A stretch of 61,701 nucleotides of DNA from Clostridiales bacterium UBA1742 (lineage in GTDB: Bacteria; Bacillota; Clostridia; TANB77; CAG-508): assembly GCA_002314935.1 (NCBI GenBank), contig DCHW01000063.1, forward strand, positions 1-61,701, in the 5' to 3' direction. How positions within the stretch are numbered: the first letter of the stretch is position 1; every line of letters begins with the position of its first letter. A program made the translations under genes and the position numbers. Positions 30,687 to 42,584 of this stretch are shown piece after piece. The notes beneath the pieces are model-generated. The model was not told the origin of the DNA. It saw nothing but the letters and a program-made list of their open reading frames with translations, and did no database searches.

Positions 30687-30941
30687 TTGAACAATGAAAA
30701 CAATAAGAAAAAATCATTTTTTCTAAAAGTTGATTTTTTGATAAAAATAAAAAACGGCAATTTAATTCGAGAAACAAATGAAAGCATTGAAAAATCAACG
30801 AATAAAGCAAAATATACAAAAATAAAATTAAAAGTATAAAAAGCTGAAAAAATAAAAAAACGAAAAAATGCTTTAAAATACAAAAGAAAAAACAACGCAC
30901 TATACAAAGCGGATTTTATAACAAAATAAGGGGGATAAAAC

Positions 30942-33212
30942 ATGCAAGTAATTAAAAGAGATGGAAGAGTAGAAGATTTTAATCAAGAAAGAATTTTTAA
31001 AGCCGTAACAATGGCAATGTCACATACATCATCAGGAGTAGATGCTGATTTAGCAAACAAAATAACACAAAGTGTTATGAAACAATTAGAAGATAAAATA
31101 CAAGTTTCTGTATATGAAATTCAAGATATAGTTGAAAAGAAATTAATGGGTTCTTCTCGTAAAGAAGTAGCACAAGAATATATTACTTATAGATACAACA
31201 GAGATATTGCAAGAAAATCAAAATCTAAAGATATGTTCTTAGAGATAATAGAAACAAAGTCAAATGATGTTACTAGAGAAAATGCAAATATGAATGCTGA
31301 TACACCAGCTGGAATGATGATGAAATTTGCAAGTGAAACCACTAAACCATTTGTTGATGATTTTTTATTATCAACTGAAGCAAGAAATGCCTTTAAAGAG
31401 GGATACATCCATATCCATGACAAAGATTATTATCCAACAAAAAGTTTAACTTGTATACAACATCCTCTTGACAAAATACTAAAAGAAGGATTTAGAGCTG
31501 GACATGGAAGTTCAAGACCTGCTAAAAGAATTGAAACAGCAAGTATAATAGGATGTATTTCATTAGAAACTGTTCAAAACGAAATGCATGGAGGACAAGC
31601 TATACCAGAATTTGATTATTATTTAGCTCCATATGTAAGAATGACTTTTGAAGAAGAAGTAAAAAAATTAGAAGATATTGTTGATGAAGATTTATCTAAA
31701 TTATATGATGTTAAAATAGAAGATTATGAAAAAAAGAGTTTAGAAGGATTGACAGGTGAAAAAAGATATTTACAAATATCAATTAATAATACAGTAAATA
31801 GAGTTCACCAAGCAATGGAAGCATTTATTCATAATATGAACACAATTCATTCAAGAGGTGGAAATCAAGTTGTATTTAGTTCAATAAATTATGGAACTGA
31901 TACATCAGCTGAAGGTAGATGTATTATAAGAGAAATGTTACTTTCTACTTTAAGAGGTGTTGGAAATAACGAAACACCAATATTCCCAATACAAATTTGG
32001 AAAAAGAAAAGAGGAGTAAATTATTTACCAGAAGATAGAAACTATGACTTATACAAACTTGCTTGTAAAGCCACAGCTAAAAGATTTTTCCCAAATTACT
32101 TAAATCTTGATGCAACATTTAATACACATCCAAAGTGGAAGGCAGATGATCCAAACAGAGGATATTACGAAGTTGCAACAATGGGATGTAGAACAAGAGT
32201 TTTTGCAAACAGACATGGTGAAGATACTTCTGTAGGAAGAGGTAATTTATCTTTTACAACTGTAAATATTGTTAAAATAGCAATTGAAGCAGCTAAAGAA
32301 GCTCAAAACAATGTAGGATTAAACTTTGAATTAGGAGCTGGTAGCGAAAAATTTATGACAGAAAAATACAAAAAACAAGTTTTACAAATATTTTTACAAA
32401 AACTACAAAAATATACAGATGTTGCTGCAAGACAATTATATGATAGATATAAATTTCAATGTACAGCAGTTGCAAAGCAATTCCCATTATTAATGTCTGG
32501 ATTATGGCAAGATAGTGAAAAATTAAGTCCTATAGATAGTGTGGAATCTGTTTTAAAACATGGAACATTAGGTCTTGGATTTATTGGACTTGCAGAATGT
32601 TTAACTGTACTTACAGGAAAACATCATGCAGAATCTGAAGAATCTCAAAAATTAGGTATAAAAATAATTACACAAATGAGAGATGCTTGTAACAATTATT
32701 CTGATAGATATGATTTAAACTATTCAGTTCTTGCAACACCTGCAGAAGGATTATCTGGAAGATTTACAAAAATTGATAGAAAAGAATATGGAACAATTTT
32801 AGGAGTTACAGATAGAGATTATTATACAAATAGTAATCATGTTCCTGTTTGGTATAAATGTACAGCAGAACATAAAGCAAAAATAGAAGCGCCATACCAT
32901 GAATTAACTTTAGGTGGACATATTTTCTATATAGAATTAGATGGAGATGCTACACATAATCCAGATAGTATAGAAGCTGTTGTAGACTTAATGGATAAAT
33001 ATAATATGGGATATGGATCTGTAAACCATACTAGATCAAGATGTTTAGATTGTGGATTTGAAAATTCAGAAGCTGATTTAAAGGTTTGTCCAATTTGTGG
33101 AGGAAAAGAAATAGACACAATCCAAAGAATTACAGGATATTTAGTTGGAACAACATCTCGTTGGAACAATGGAAAATTGGCAGAATTAAAAGATAGAGTA
33201 ACACATAACTAA
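30942..33212 (+). CDS. nrdD: anaerobic ribonucleoside-triphosphate reductase
   Basis: 756 aa. ATP-cone N-terminus (MQVIKRDGRVEDFNQERI), C-terminal Zn site (CLDCG...CPICG) and glycyl-radical motif RITGYLV. Confidence 0.95.
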   Translation: MQVIKRDGRVEDFNQERIFKAVTMAMSHTSSGVDADLANKITQSVMKQLEDKIQVSVYEIQDIVEKKLMGSSRKEVAQEYITYRYNRDIARKSKSKDMFLEIIETKSNDVTRENANMNADTPAGMMMKFASETTKPFVDDFLLSTEARNAFKEGYIHIHDKDYYPTKSLTCIQHPLDKILKEGFRAGHGSSRPAKRIETASIIGCISLETVQNEMHGGQAIPEFDYYLAPYVRMTFEEEVKKLEDIVDEDLSKLYDVKIEDYEKKSLEGLTGEKRYLQISINNTVNRVHQAMEAFIHNMNTIHSRGGNQVVFSSINYGTDTSAEGRCIIREMLLSTLRGVGNNETPIFPIQIWKKKRGVNYLPEDRNYDLYKLACKATAKRFFPNYLNLDATFNTHPKWKADDPNRGYYEVATMGCRTRVFANRHGEDTSVGRGNLSFTTVNIVKIAIEAAKEAQNNVGLNFELGAGSEKFMTEKYKKQVLQIFLQKLQKYTDVAARQLYDRYKFQCTAVAKQFPLLMSGLWQDSEKLSPIDSVESVLKHGTLGLGFIGLAECLTVLTGKHHAESEESQKLGIKIITQMRDACNNYSDRYDLNYSVLATPAEGLSGRFTKIDRKEYGTILGVTDRDYYTNSNHVPVWYKCTAEHKAKIEAPYHELTLGGHIFYIELDGDATHNPDSIEAVVDLMDKYNMGYGSVNHTRSRCLDCGFENSEADLKVCPICGGKEIDTIQRITGYLVGTTSRWNNGKLAELKDRVTHN

Positions 33213-33234
33213 TGAATGAAAGAAGGAAAACACT

Positions 33235-33738
33235 ATGAAAATGGCAGGATTTTATGATGAAAGTATTTCAAATGGTACAGGTTGGAGGGCAGTTTTGTTT
33301 GTAAGTGGTTGCCCTCACAACTGTCCAGGGTGCCATAATAAAGAAGCTCAAAATTTTAACTATGGGGAGGATTTTAACGAAGAAGAAATTTTGAATAGAA
33401 TTAAAGATAATTCAATTTTAAAAGGAATAACAATAAGTGGAGGGGAACCTTTGTGTAAAGAAAATATTCCTGAAGTTTTAAAATTCATTAAAAATGTTAA
33501 AAAAATAAAACCTAATTTTAATATTTGGTGTTATTCAGGATATACTTTGGAGGAATTATTAGATAGAAAAGATACGGTAACAAATGAATGTTTAAACGAA
33601 ATTGATGTTTTAGTTGATGGAGAATTCAAGCAAGATTTAAAGGTACCAAATTTAAAATTTAGAGGTTCTTCAAATCAAAGAATAATTGATTTAAAACCAA
33701 CATTAAAAACACATAAATTTATTGAATTTAATGTTTAA
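33235..33738 (+). CDS. nrdG: anaerobic ribonucleotide reductase activating protein (radical SAM)
   Basis: 167 aa. CPHNCPGCHN cluster motif and GITISGGEP. Confidence 0.92.
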   Translation: MKMAGFYDESISNGTGWRAVLFVSGCPHNCPGCHNKEAQNFNYGEDFNEEEILNRIKDNSILKGITISGGEPLCKENIPEVLKFIKNVKKIKPNFNIWCYSGYTLEELLDRKDTVTNECLNEIDVLVDGEFKQDLKVPNLKFRGSSNQRIIDLKPTLKTHKFIEFNV

Positions 33739-33803
33739 AATAATTAACAAAAATAAACCTTTTTGCATATAATGTATAAAATATATGGGAGGTTTATTTT
33801 TTT

Positions 33804-34532
33804 ATGAATAATTATGAAATTATGATGAATGGAAATGTAAAAATAGGTGAATATGCTCCTGAATTCGAAGCTGAAACAACTATGGGAAATATAAAATTAT
33901 CTGATTATAAAGGAAAATGGGTTGTTTTGTTTTCACACCCAGGAGATTTTACACCAGTATGTACAACAGAATTTATTGCTTTTAGCAAAGTATATACATA
34001 TTTTAAAAAACTAAACACAGATTTAATTGGATTAAGTATTGATAGTAATAGTTCACATTTAGCATGGATTTATGATATATATATAAGAACGGGTATAAAA
34101 ATACCATTTCCAATAATTGCAGATAGAAGTGGGGAAATTGCAAGAAAATACGGAATGATAGCAAACAATATAAGTAATACATCTACCGTAAGAAATGTTT
34201 TTATAATAGATGATAAAGGTGTTATAAGAACAATACTTATTTATCCATTAAATGTTGGAAGATGTATACCAGAAATTTTAAGAATTTTAGAGGCTTTAAA
34301 AACAGCAGATTGTAATAATGCGTCAACTCCAGCAAATTGGATAAATGGGCAGCCAGTAATTGTACCTGCACCTAAAACTTTTAAACAGTTAGAAGAAAGA
34401 TTAACCCAAATAGAAGAAAATAAAAATGGGATAACTTGGTATTTAAGTTTTAAAAATCCTAATAAGATATGTGATAATAAATTTGAAAATAATAAGTGTT
34501 TAAATGATGAAAATAAAAAAATGGAAATGTAG
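33804..34532 (+). CDS. peroxiredoxin (1-Cys/Prx6-like)
   Basis: WVVLFSHPGDFTPVCTTE peroxidatic Cys motif. 242 aa. Confidence 0.88.
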   Translation: MNNYEIMMNGNVKIGEYAPEFEAETTMGNIKLSDYKGKWVVLFSHPGDFTPVCTTEFIAFSKVYTYFKKLNTDLIGLSIDSNSSHLAWIYDIYIRTGIKIPFPIIADRSGEIARKYGMIANNISNTSTVRNVFIIDDKGVIRTILIYPLNVGRCIPEILRILEALKTADCNNASTPANWINGQPVIVPAPKTFKQLEERLTQIEENKNGITWYLSFKNPNKICDNKFENNKCLNDENKKMEM

Positions 34533-34620
34533 TTAAATAATGTTAAATTTATTAATAAAAAATAAAAATTAAAATAATGTAAATAATATAAATATATTAT
34601 TTATAGGAGGTTTACTTTTT

Positions 34621-34800
34621 ATGGAAAAAAAACAAAAAATTAATTGTAATGTATGTAGTTGTGCATATAACAATACTGCAACAAATGAGTGTGAATTAAA
34701 GGAGATAAAGGTTGCACCATGTCAAAATTGTCAAACTGGAAATCCTGAAGATGAATCTATGTGTTCTAATTATAAATGTAATTGTGGATGTCAAGATTAA
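34621..34800 (+). CDS. small Cys-rich protein, DUF1540-like
   Basis: 59 aa, below the ORF-track cutoff. Sequence MEKKQKINCNVCSCAYNNTATNECELKEIKVAPCQNCQTGNPEDESMCSNYKCNCGCQD. RBS AGGAGG lies 8 nt upstream and a terminator follows. Confidence 0.65.
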   Translation: MEKKQKINCNVCSCAYNNTATNECELKEIKVAPCQNCQTGNPEDESMCSNYKCNCGCQD

Positions 34801-34818
34801 TAAAAACTTAATAGAAAA

Positions 34819-34847
34819 AGGTAAGCTCTGCATTGCTTACCTTTTTC
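34819..34847 (+). terminator. rho-independent terminator
   Basis: AAGGTAAGC / GCTTACCTT stem followed by a T-run. Confidence 0.8.
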
Positions 34848-34885
34848 TATTAAAATTTCTTGACAATGCAAATTTTTAGAAATAG

Positions 34886-35848
<963 letters not shown>

Positions 35849-35854
35849 ATAAAT

Positions 35855-35885
35855 AAAAATGAACTAGAAATTCTAGTTCATTTTT
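35855..35885. terminator. bidirectional terminator between fba and smpB
   Basis: Palindrome AAAAATGAACTAGAA-A-TTCTAGTTCATTTTT, with A/T runs on both sides. Confidence 0.8.
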
Positions 35886-35887
35886 AT

Positions 35888-36331
35888 TTATCTATCTACA
35901 TTTTTTCTCATTCTCATTTCAGCATCTTTTTTTGCAATATCACGACGCTTATCATATAGTTTTTTTCCTTTTCCAATGCCAATTTCTACTTTTACAAAAT
36001 TTCCTTTAAAGTACATTGAAATAGGAACTAAAGAATATCCTTTTTGTTTTATTAATCCAATTAATTTATTTATTTCACGTCTTGTTACTAGTAATTTTCT
36101 ATCACGAAGAGGATCTTTATTGTATATATTGCCAAATTCATAAGGACTAATATGTAAATTATAAATATATAATTCTCCATTTTTGATAGCAGCATAACTA
36201 TCTTTTAAATTTACTTTTCCAGATCTAATAGATTTAATTTCTGTACCACTTAAAACTATACCCGCTTCTATAGTATCATCTATTGTATAATTATGACGCG
36301 CTAATGGATTTTTTGAAATAATTTTTTCCAA
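35888..36331 (-). CDS. smpB: SsrA-binding protein
   Basis: 147 aa. [26 protein letters not shown] and a basic C-terminal tail. Confidence 0.95.
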   Translation of the reverse strand: MEKIISKNPLARHNYTIDDTIEAGIVLSGTEIKSIRSGKVNLKDSYAAIKNGELYIYNLHISPYEFGNIYNKDPLRDRKLLVTRREINKLIGLIKQKGYSLVPISMYFKGNFVKVEIGIGKGKKLYDKRRDIAKKDAEMRMRKNVDR

Positions 36332-36417
36332 TTTTTATCACCTTTAAATATTATAACATACATTAAAAAAAAGGAAAAGGTAGATTTTAATATCTACCTT
36401 AAATTTTTAGACTAAAT

Positions 36418-36810
36418 TTAGTCGTGATAACTATTAAATTGAGCTAAGTAATACCATGTAAGTCCAATAATAACAGCAACTGCAAGAGCAATAATAACCC
36501 AAGCCCATGTTGACGTCATATTATTTGTTGATGTATCAGTAAAAGTAGATGTTCTTGTTGCATTATAATTATTTGTCATATCATTCGTGGTACTTCTAAT
36601 GTCAGTAGAAATATTTTTTACGGTATTTTCAACAGTATTTTCGGTAGTACTAATTCCATTTCTGATTTTTTCTCCGGTAGATGTCATACCATCAATTATG
36701 CTATCTGTAGTATTATGAATATCTTGTTTTATATCTTCAGCAAAACATATAGTATTAATAAATAAAATTGCAAATAAAACAAATAATATTATTAAAGTTT
36801 TCTTTCTCAT
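36418..36810 (-). CDS. secreted Thr/Asn-rich protein with a C-terminal TM anchor
   Basis: ATG at 36810 after RBS GGAGG. Signal peptide MRKKTLIILFVLFAILFINTICFAED and C-terminal TM segment WAWVIIALAVAVIIGLTWYY. Confidence 0.6.
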   Translation of the reverse strand: MRKKTLIILFVLFAILFINTICFAEDIKQDIHNTTDSIIDGMTSTGEKIRNGISTTENTVENTVKNISTDIRSTTNDMTNNYNATRTSTFTDTSTNNMTSTWAWVIIALAVAVIIGLTWYYLAQFNSYHD

Positions 36811-36904
36811 TTTAACCTCCAAATAAAATCTTATAATAATATTATTTATAAAATATAAAAAAATATACATAAAAAAAGTGGCTTTTGCCACTTTTTAAAT
36901 AAAA

Positions 36905-37297
36905 TTATTTGCATCTTATAAGTATCGCTATTGCTAAAAATATTAATACAATGCCAACTGCTATTAAAATAATAGAAATATATCCATCTATAGTTATTTT
37001 ATCATCAGCTTTTGCATTTGATGTTATTTGTACTTGTGTATTTGAGGTATTTGTACTTTCTACATAAGTATTGTTTGAGTTTGTATTCTTATTTTTGTTT
37101 GTATTATTATTGCCATATATAGTATCATCTTCTTCATCATCAAAAAAAGAATTTGCATTTGATGAATTGTTATTTTCATAGTCGTTAATGGTTGGATCAA
37201 TAGAATTCATATTAATTGCATAAACTTGAAAAAAATTAAAAAATAAAATAAAAATTATAAATAAAACAAATAAAGTTATTTTTATGTTCCTTTTCAT
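36905..37297 (-). CDS. secreted Asn-rich protein with a C-terminal TM anchor
   Basis: 130 aa. N-terminal signal/TM segment, Asn/Thr low-complexity middle, C-terminal TM segment. Same architecture as the neighbouring gene. Confidence 0.55.
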   Translation of the reverse strand: MKRNIKITLFVLFIIFILFFNFFQVYAINMNSIDPTINDYENNNSSNANSFFDDEEDDTIYGNNNTNKNKNTNSNNTYVESTNTSNTQVQITSNAKADDKITIDGYISIILIAVGIVLIFLAIAILIRCK

Positions 37298-37464
37298 ATG
37301 TAAAGCCTCCTAAAAAAATATATAACGATACATATAATAATACAACAAAAATATTTGCTTTGTCTACTATTTATTAACAATTTCATTTACTTTAATAAAA
37401 AATATTGATATAATATTTAAGTAATATTTTAATTAATTAAATTTAATTAAAAGGAGATAGATGA

Positions 37465-39096
37465 ATGAGTGATAATAAGAAAAATGAAAAGATAGAAATA
37501 GATGAAGAAAAGGCATATTTAGAATTGTGTCAAATAATTGCTGAAGCATTACAAACAGAAGATATTAATTTATTGCAAATAAGAGTTGAACAATGGAAAA
37601 AGAAATATCCATATAATAAATTTAGCAAAAATTTAAAAGCCAAAATTGATTATTTACTTAATCAGTTTTATTCTGAGGTTATAATTCAAATTTTAAAATC
37701 AATAAAAACAAACAATGAAAAAAAAGAATTTAATCAAAGAAAAGCTTTAACAAAGTTATATAAAATAATTAAAGAAACTAATGATATTAAAGATTTAAAT
37801 AAAAAAGTTGATAATTGGAAAAAAGAATTTCCAGTAGATGATTTTATGGATATGTACAAAAAAAGAGTTAAAAAATTTACTTCAAAAAAATATTTAGAAG
37901 AAAATGCATTTGATACAGATAAAGCATATTATGAATTGTATTATACATTAAAGACTAACGCAACATATGATGAATTGAAGGATAAAGTGTCCATATGGGA
38001 AAAAAATTATAATATAGGAGATAAATATTCTACAGATGATTTTAAAAAACATACAAGTGATGTTAAAAAGTTCTTAGATGATGAATATATATATTTTCTT
38101 GCAAAAGAAGATGAAAAGGAAGATACTTTATCTCAAAAAGAAACAACAGTTGCTATTCAGACAGCAAGTTATGCTAAATTAATGGAGGTTTTGGAAAAAG
38201 GAAATTTAGGGAAAACTGTTGAATGGATATATAGAAATAGAAATATTAAGTTTGGAAATTATTATAAAGAAAAGATAATTTCAAATATTGCTTTTAAGTA
38301 TCCATTTTCAACATTATCAAATAATAATTTAAAATTAAATTTAAACGAAAGAGGTCTTTCTTTTTATGAGTATCAAAATATCAATGAATCAAGAAAGTAT
38401 TTAATAACAGCTTTTTTATTCAATTTAATGCATGATACAACTTTGAATGAACAAACTTTTCAAACTGCATTCAATAAATCAGAATATGCTAAAATAGGAC
38501 AAAAGAGTAATGATATTGAAAAAGAGAATAAAAAAATAGAGAAAGAGGTTTCTACTGAAATAAAAGATGATGAAGTAAAAATTGTAACAGAACAAAAAGA
38601 AGAACAACACGAATTTAATATGAACACAAATACAGAGCAAGTTAAAGAAGAACAAATTGAGACAGAAAAAGAGGAATCTCCAACATTAGTTATTGATTTT
38701 AAAGAAGAAGTAAAAACTAATATTAAAAGTAATGATAAAAAGGATAATATATTGCATGTAATTGAACTTGAAGGAAAAGAATACCAATCAAAAAGAAATG
38801 AAAAAGAAAAATCAAAAGAAACTGACAGTAAAGTGGATATTAAGAATCAACAAGAAACTGATACATATATAATTTTAGCTCCTGATTTTATCAAAGTAAT
38901 ATATGAAAAATCTAAAGCAGCGGAAGTAATGGAGGCAGATATATTGCAAAGTGGTAAAAACTATAATATGGAGATTGAAAAAGAAGGTATTGATAATATT
39001 AGTATAGCAGATGTAGATAGGATAGCGGCTGAAGCTGTTAATGAAGAGGTAGTTAAAGAGGAAAGTTTTTTATCAATTGGAAGCATTGAAAATTAA
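37465..39096 (+). CDS. Lys/Glu-rich orphan protein with three internal W(K/E)K-type repeats
   Basis: 543 aa. Repeats are VEQWKKKYPYNKFSKNLKAKIDYL, VDNWKKEFPVDDFMDMYKKRVKKF and VSIWEKNYNIGDKYSTDDFKKHTSDVKKF. RBS AAAGGAG. Confidence 0.55.
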   Translation: MSDNKKNEKIEIDEEKAYLELCQIIAEALQTEDINLLQIRVEQWKKKYPYNKFSKNLKAKIDYLLNQFYSEVIIQILKSIKTNNEKKEFNQRKALTKLYKIIKETNDIKDLNKKVDNWKKEFPVDDFMDMYKKRVKKFTSKKYLEENAFDTDKAYYELYYTLKTNATYDELKDKVSIWEKNYNIGDKYSTDDFKKHTSDVKKFLDDEYIYFLAKEDEKEDTLSQKETTVAIQTASYAKLMEVLEKGNLGKTVEWIYRNRNIKFGNYYKEKIISNIAFKYPFSTLSNNNLKLNLNERGLSFYEYQNINESRKYLITAFLFNLMHDTTLNEQTFQTAFNKSEYAKIGQKSNDIEKENKKIEKEVSTEIKDDEVKIVTEQKEEQHEFNMNTNTEQVKEEQIETEKEESPTLVIDFKEEVKTNIKSNDKKDNILHVIELEGKEYQSKRNEKEKSKETDSKVDIKNQQETDTYIILAPDFIKVIYEKSKAAEVMEADILQSGKNYNMEIEKEGIDNISIADVDRIAAEAVNEEVVKEESFLSIGSIEN

Positions 39097-39126
39097 AAAA
39101 ACATATACAAAAGAGGGGTAGTTTAA

Positions 39127-40569
39127 ATGGAAAAAATAAATGGAACAATTATACAATATTTTGAATGGTATATGGATTGTAATCAAAATTTATGGAATAT
39201 AATAAAAAATGATGCTAATAATTTAGCACATATGGGGTATACTGCAGTATGGTTACCACCTGCATATAAAGGAATTGGTGGTAAAAGTGAAGTTGGTTAT
39301 GGAGTGTATGATGTATATGATTTAGGAGAATTTAACCAAAAAGGTACAGTGAAAACAAAATATGGTTCTAAAGATGAGTACATAAATTGTATTTCTGAAT
39401 TAAAAAAGAATAATATTCAAAGTTATGCGGATATTGTATTAAATCATAAAATGGGTGCAGATAAAATTCAAACTATTCCAGCTTGTAAAGTTGAGTGGAA
39501 TAATCATAATTCTAATAACTCAACAGAAGAGTTCGTAAAAGTTGCAACTAAATTTACTTTTCCAGCAAGACATCATAAATACTCTACTTTTGAATGGAAT
39601 TGGACACATTTTGATGGAATTGATTACAATGAAGCAACAAAAGAAAATGCAATTTTTAAATTTAAAGATAAAACATGGGATGAATCAGTTGATGAAGAAA
39701 ATGGAAATTATGATTATTTAATTGGGGCGGATTTAGATTTTAGTAATAAACAAGTTGTTAATGAATGCAAAAATTGGGGAGAATGGTATTTAGATATTAC
39801 AAATATAGATGGGTTTAGACTTGATGCTGTAAAACATATTGGAAGTGAATTTTATAAAGACTGGATAAAATATTTAAGGGAAACAACAAATAAACAATTA
39901 TTTACAGTAGGAGAATATTGGAATGGAGATATAGAGAAATTACATAAATATATAACAGAAACTGAAGGAGAAATTTCATTATTTGATGTTCCACTTCATT
40001 ATAATTTATATGCTGCTTCAAAAGATGAAAATTATGATTTATCCAAAATTTTAGATCATACTTTAGTAAAAGAAAATCCATGTAAAGCTGTAACTTTTGT
40101 AGATAATCATGATACACAACCGGGGCAATCTTTAGAAAGTTTTGTAGAGGATTGGTTTAAGACATCTGCATATTCTTTAATTTTATTAAGAAATGAAGGA
40201 TATCCTTGTGTGTTTTATGGAGATTATAAAGGAATACCACATAATGATATAAAAGCTGTAAATGGAATAAATAAATTAATGTTACTAAGAAAAAACAAAG
40301 CATATGGTGAACAATATGATTATTTTGATAACAATAATTTTATTGGGTGGACTAGGAGAGGTACTAAAGAACATAAAAATTCAGGACTTGCAGTTGTAAT
40401 ATCTAATGCAGGATATGGAGAAAAAAGAATGTATATTGGAGAAGAATTTGCTAATAAAGTTTTTATTGATTGTATAGGTAATTGTAAAGAGGAAGTAATA
40501 GTTGATAATGATGGGTGTGCAAATTTTAAAGTTATGGAAAAATCTGTTTCTGTATGGATAAAAAAATAG
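39127..40569 (+). CDS. alpha-amylase (GH13), no signal peptide
   Basis: 480 aa. GH13 regions DIVLNH, GFRLDAVKH, EYW and FVDNHD. Confidence 0.92.
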   Translation: MEKINGTIIQYFEWYMDCNQNLWNIIKNDANNLAHMGYTAVWLPPAYKGIGGKSEVGYGVYDVYDLGEFNQKGTVKTKYGSKDEYINCISELKKNNIQSYADIVLNHKMGADKIQTIPACKVEWNNHNSNNSTEEFVKVATKFTFPARHHKYSTFEWNWTHFDGIDYNEATKENAIFKFKDKTWDESVDEENGNYDYLIGADLDFSNKQVVNECKNWGEWYLDITNIDGFRLDAVKHIGSEFYKDWIKYLRETTNKQLFTVGEYWNGDIEKLHKYITETEGEISLFDVPLHYNLYAASKDENYDLSKILDHTLVKENPCKAVTFVDNHDTQPGQSLESFVEDWFKTSAYSLILLRNEGYPCVFYGDYKGIPHNDIKAVNGINKLMLLRKNKAYGEQYDYFDNNNFIGWTRRGTKEHKNSGLAVVISNAGYGEKRMYIGEEFANKVFIDCIGNCKEEVIVDNDGCANFKVMEKSVSVWIKK

Positions 40570-40577
40570 GAGGAAAA

Positions 40578-42534
40578 ATGTTTAAATTACATTCAGAATA
40601 TAAACCAACTGGTGATCAGCCAAAAGCAATAGAATATTTAAGCAAACGGAATAGAAGATGGGAAAAAATTTCAAACCCTATTAGGTGTTACTGGAAGTGG
40701 AAAAACTTTTACCATGGCTAATATTATAGAAAAAGTTCAAAAACCAACTATTGTTTTAGCACATAATAAAACATTAGCAGGACAGTTATATTCCGAATTT
40801 AAAGAATTTTTTCCTGAAAATTCAGTTGAGTATTTTGTTTCATATTATGATTATTATCAACCTGAAAGCTATATACCATCATCAGATACTTATATAGAAA
40901 AAGATGCATCAATTAATGATGAGATAGACAAATTACGTCATTCTGCAACATTGTCATTATTTGAACGTAAAGATGTAATTATTGTTGCATCTGTTTCTTG
41001 TATATATGGTTTAGGTGACCCAGAGGACTATGAATTACTTATGATGTCTTTAAGACCTGGTATGCAAGAATCAAGAAATGAAATAATGAAAAAGTTAATT
41101 GAAATGCAATATACCAGAAATGAAATAGATTTTAAACGTGGTACTTTTAGAGCAAAAGGTGATATTTTAGAAATATATCCATCAAATAAAGAAGAAAGTG
41201 CTTTAAGAGTAGAATTTTGGGGAGATGAAATAGAAAAAATTTCTGAAATTAATCCTTTAAATGGTAAATCAATTGGAATTAGAAATCATGTTTTAATAGG
41301 ACCTAATTCTCATTATGTTGCTGCTGAAGGAAAATTAAAAAATGCAATATCTAATATTGAAGATGAATTAAAAGAGAGGATAGAATATTTTAAGCAAAAC
41401 AATAAATTAATCGAAGCTCAAAGAATAGAAGAAAGAACAAATTTTGATATAGAAATGCTTATAGAAACTGGTTTTTGCCAAGGAATAGAAAATTATTCAC
41501 GACATATAAGTGGTAGAGAAGCGGGATCGGCTCCATATACATTATTTGATTATTTACCTAAAGATTTTTTATTATTTATAGATGAGTCACATGCTACAAT
41601 TCCACAAGTCAGAGCAATGTATAACGGCGATAGAGCTAGAAAAGACTCTTTAGTAAATTATGGATTTAGATTACCATCTGCATATGATAATAGGCCATTA
41701 AAATTTAATGAATTTGAAAATAGAATTAATCAATGTATTTTTGTAAGTGCAACACCAGCAGATTACGAAAAAGAGCAAGCAAAAGATAATGTTGTTGAGC
41801 AAATTATAAGACCAACAGGATTACTAGATCCTATTATTGAGGTTAAACCGGTTGAAAATCAAATAGATGATTTAATAAACGAAATACGTATAAGAGCAGA
41901 AAAAAGAGAAAGAGTACTTGTTACAACTCTTACAAAAAAACAGGCTGAAGATTTGACAGCATATTTAAAAAGTCTTGATATTAAAGTTAATTATATGCAT
42001 TCAGATACAAAAGCTTTAGAAAGAATGGAAATAATAAGAAATTTAAGACTTGGAGAATTTGATGTCTTAGTAGGAATTAATCTTTTAAGAGAAGGGTTAG
42101 ATATTCCAGAGGTTTCTTTAGTTGCAATATTAGATGCTGATAAAGAAGGGTTTTTGCGTTCTGAACGTTCACTTATACAAACAATTGGTCGAGCTGCAAG
42201 AAATTCAGAAGGTAAAGTTATAATGTATGCAGATGAACTAACAGGTGGAATGGAAAAAGCAATATCAGAAACAAACAGAAGAAGAAAAATACAAGAAGAA
42301 TATAATATAAAAAATAATATAACACCAAAAACAATAAAAAAATCTGTTAGAGAAACAATAAAAGCTACTATTGTAGAAGATGTATCAAGCAAATATGATA
42401 TTAATAAAGATGAGAGCTTAGAAGATATAATAAAAAAATTAACAGATGAAATGCTTAAATTTGCTACAAATATGGAATTTGAAAAAGCTGCAGAATTGAG
42501 AGATAAAATAAAAGAATTAGAAAAATTATTATAA
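40578..42534 (+). CDS. uvrB: excinuclease ABC subunit B; needs a +1 shift at C40647
   Basis: ATG 40578 after RBS AGGAGGAAAAA gives [23 protein letters not shown]. Skipping C40647 gives [30 protein letters not shown]..., continuous with ORF 40714..42534. Confidence 0.92.
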
Positions 42535-42584
42535 TAAAGAAAACCACCTGCAAAAGCAAGTGGTAAAAGTCTGTATCTTAAAAG

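Noticed and set aside
30897-30912. Possible NrdR box GCACTATACAAAGCGG before the nrdD RBS
   Set aside because: It matches only about 11 of 16 positions of the acaCwAtATaTwGtgt consensus, and there is no second box at the usual ~31-bp spacing.
30647-30943. Two minus-strand ORFs (98 and 81 aa) upstream of nrdD
   Set aside because: They are Phe/Leu/Ile-rich translations of the complement of an A-rich leader. They have no RBS and overlap each other in different frames.
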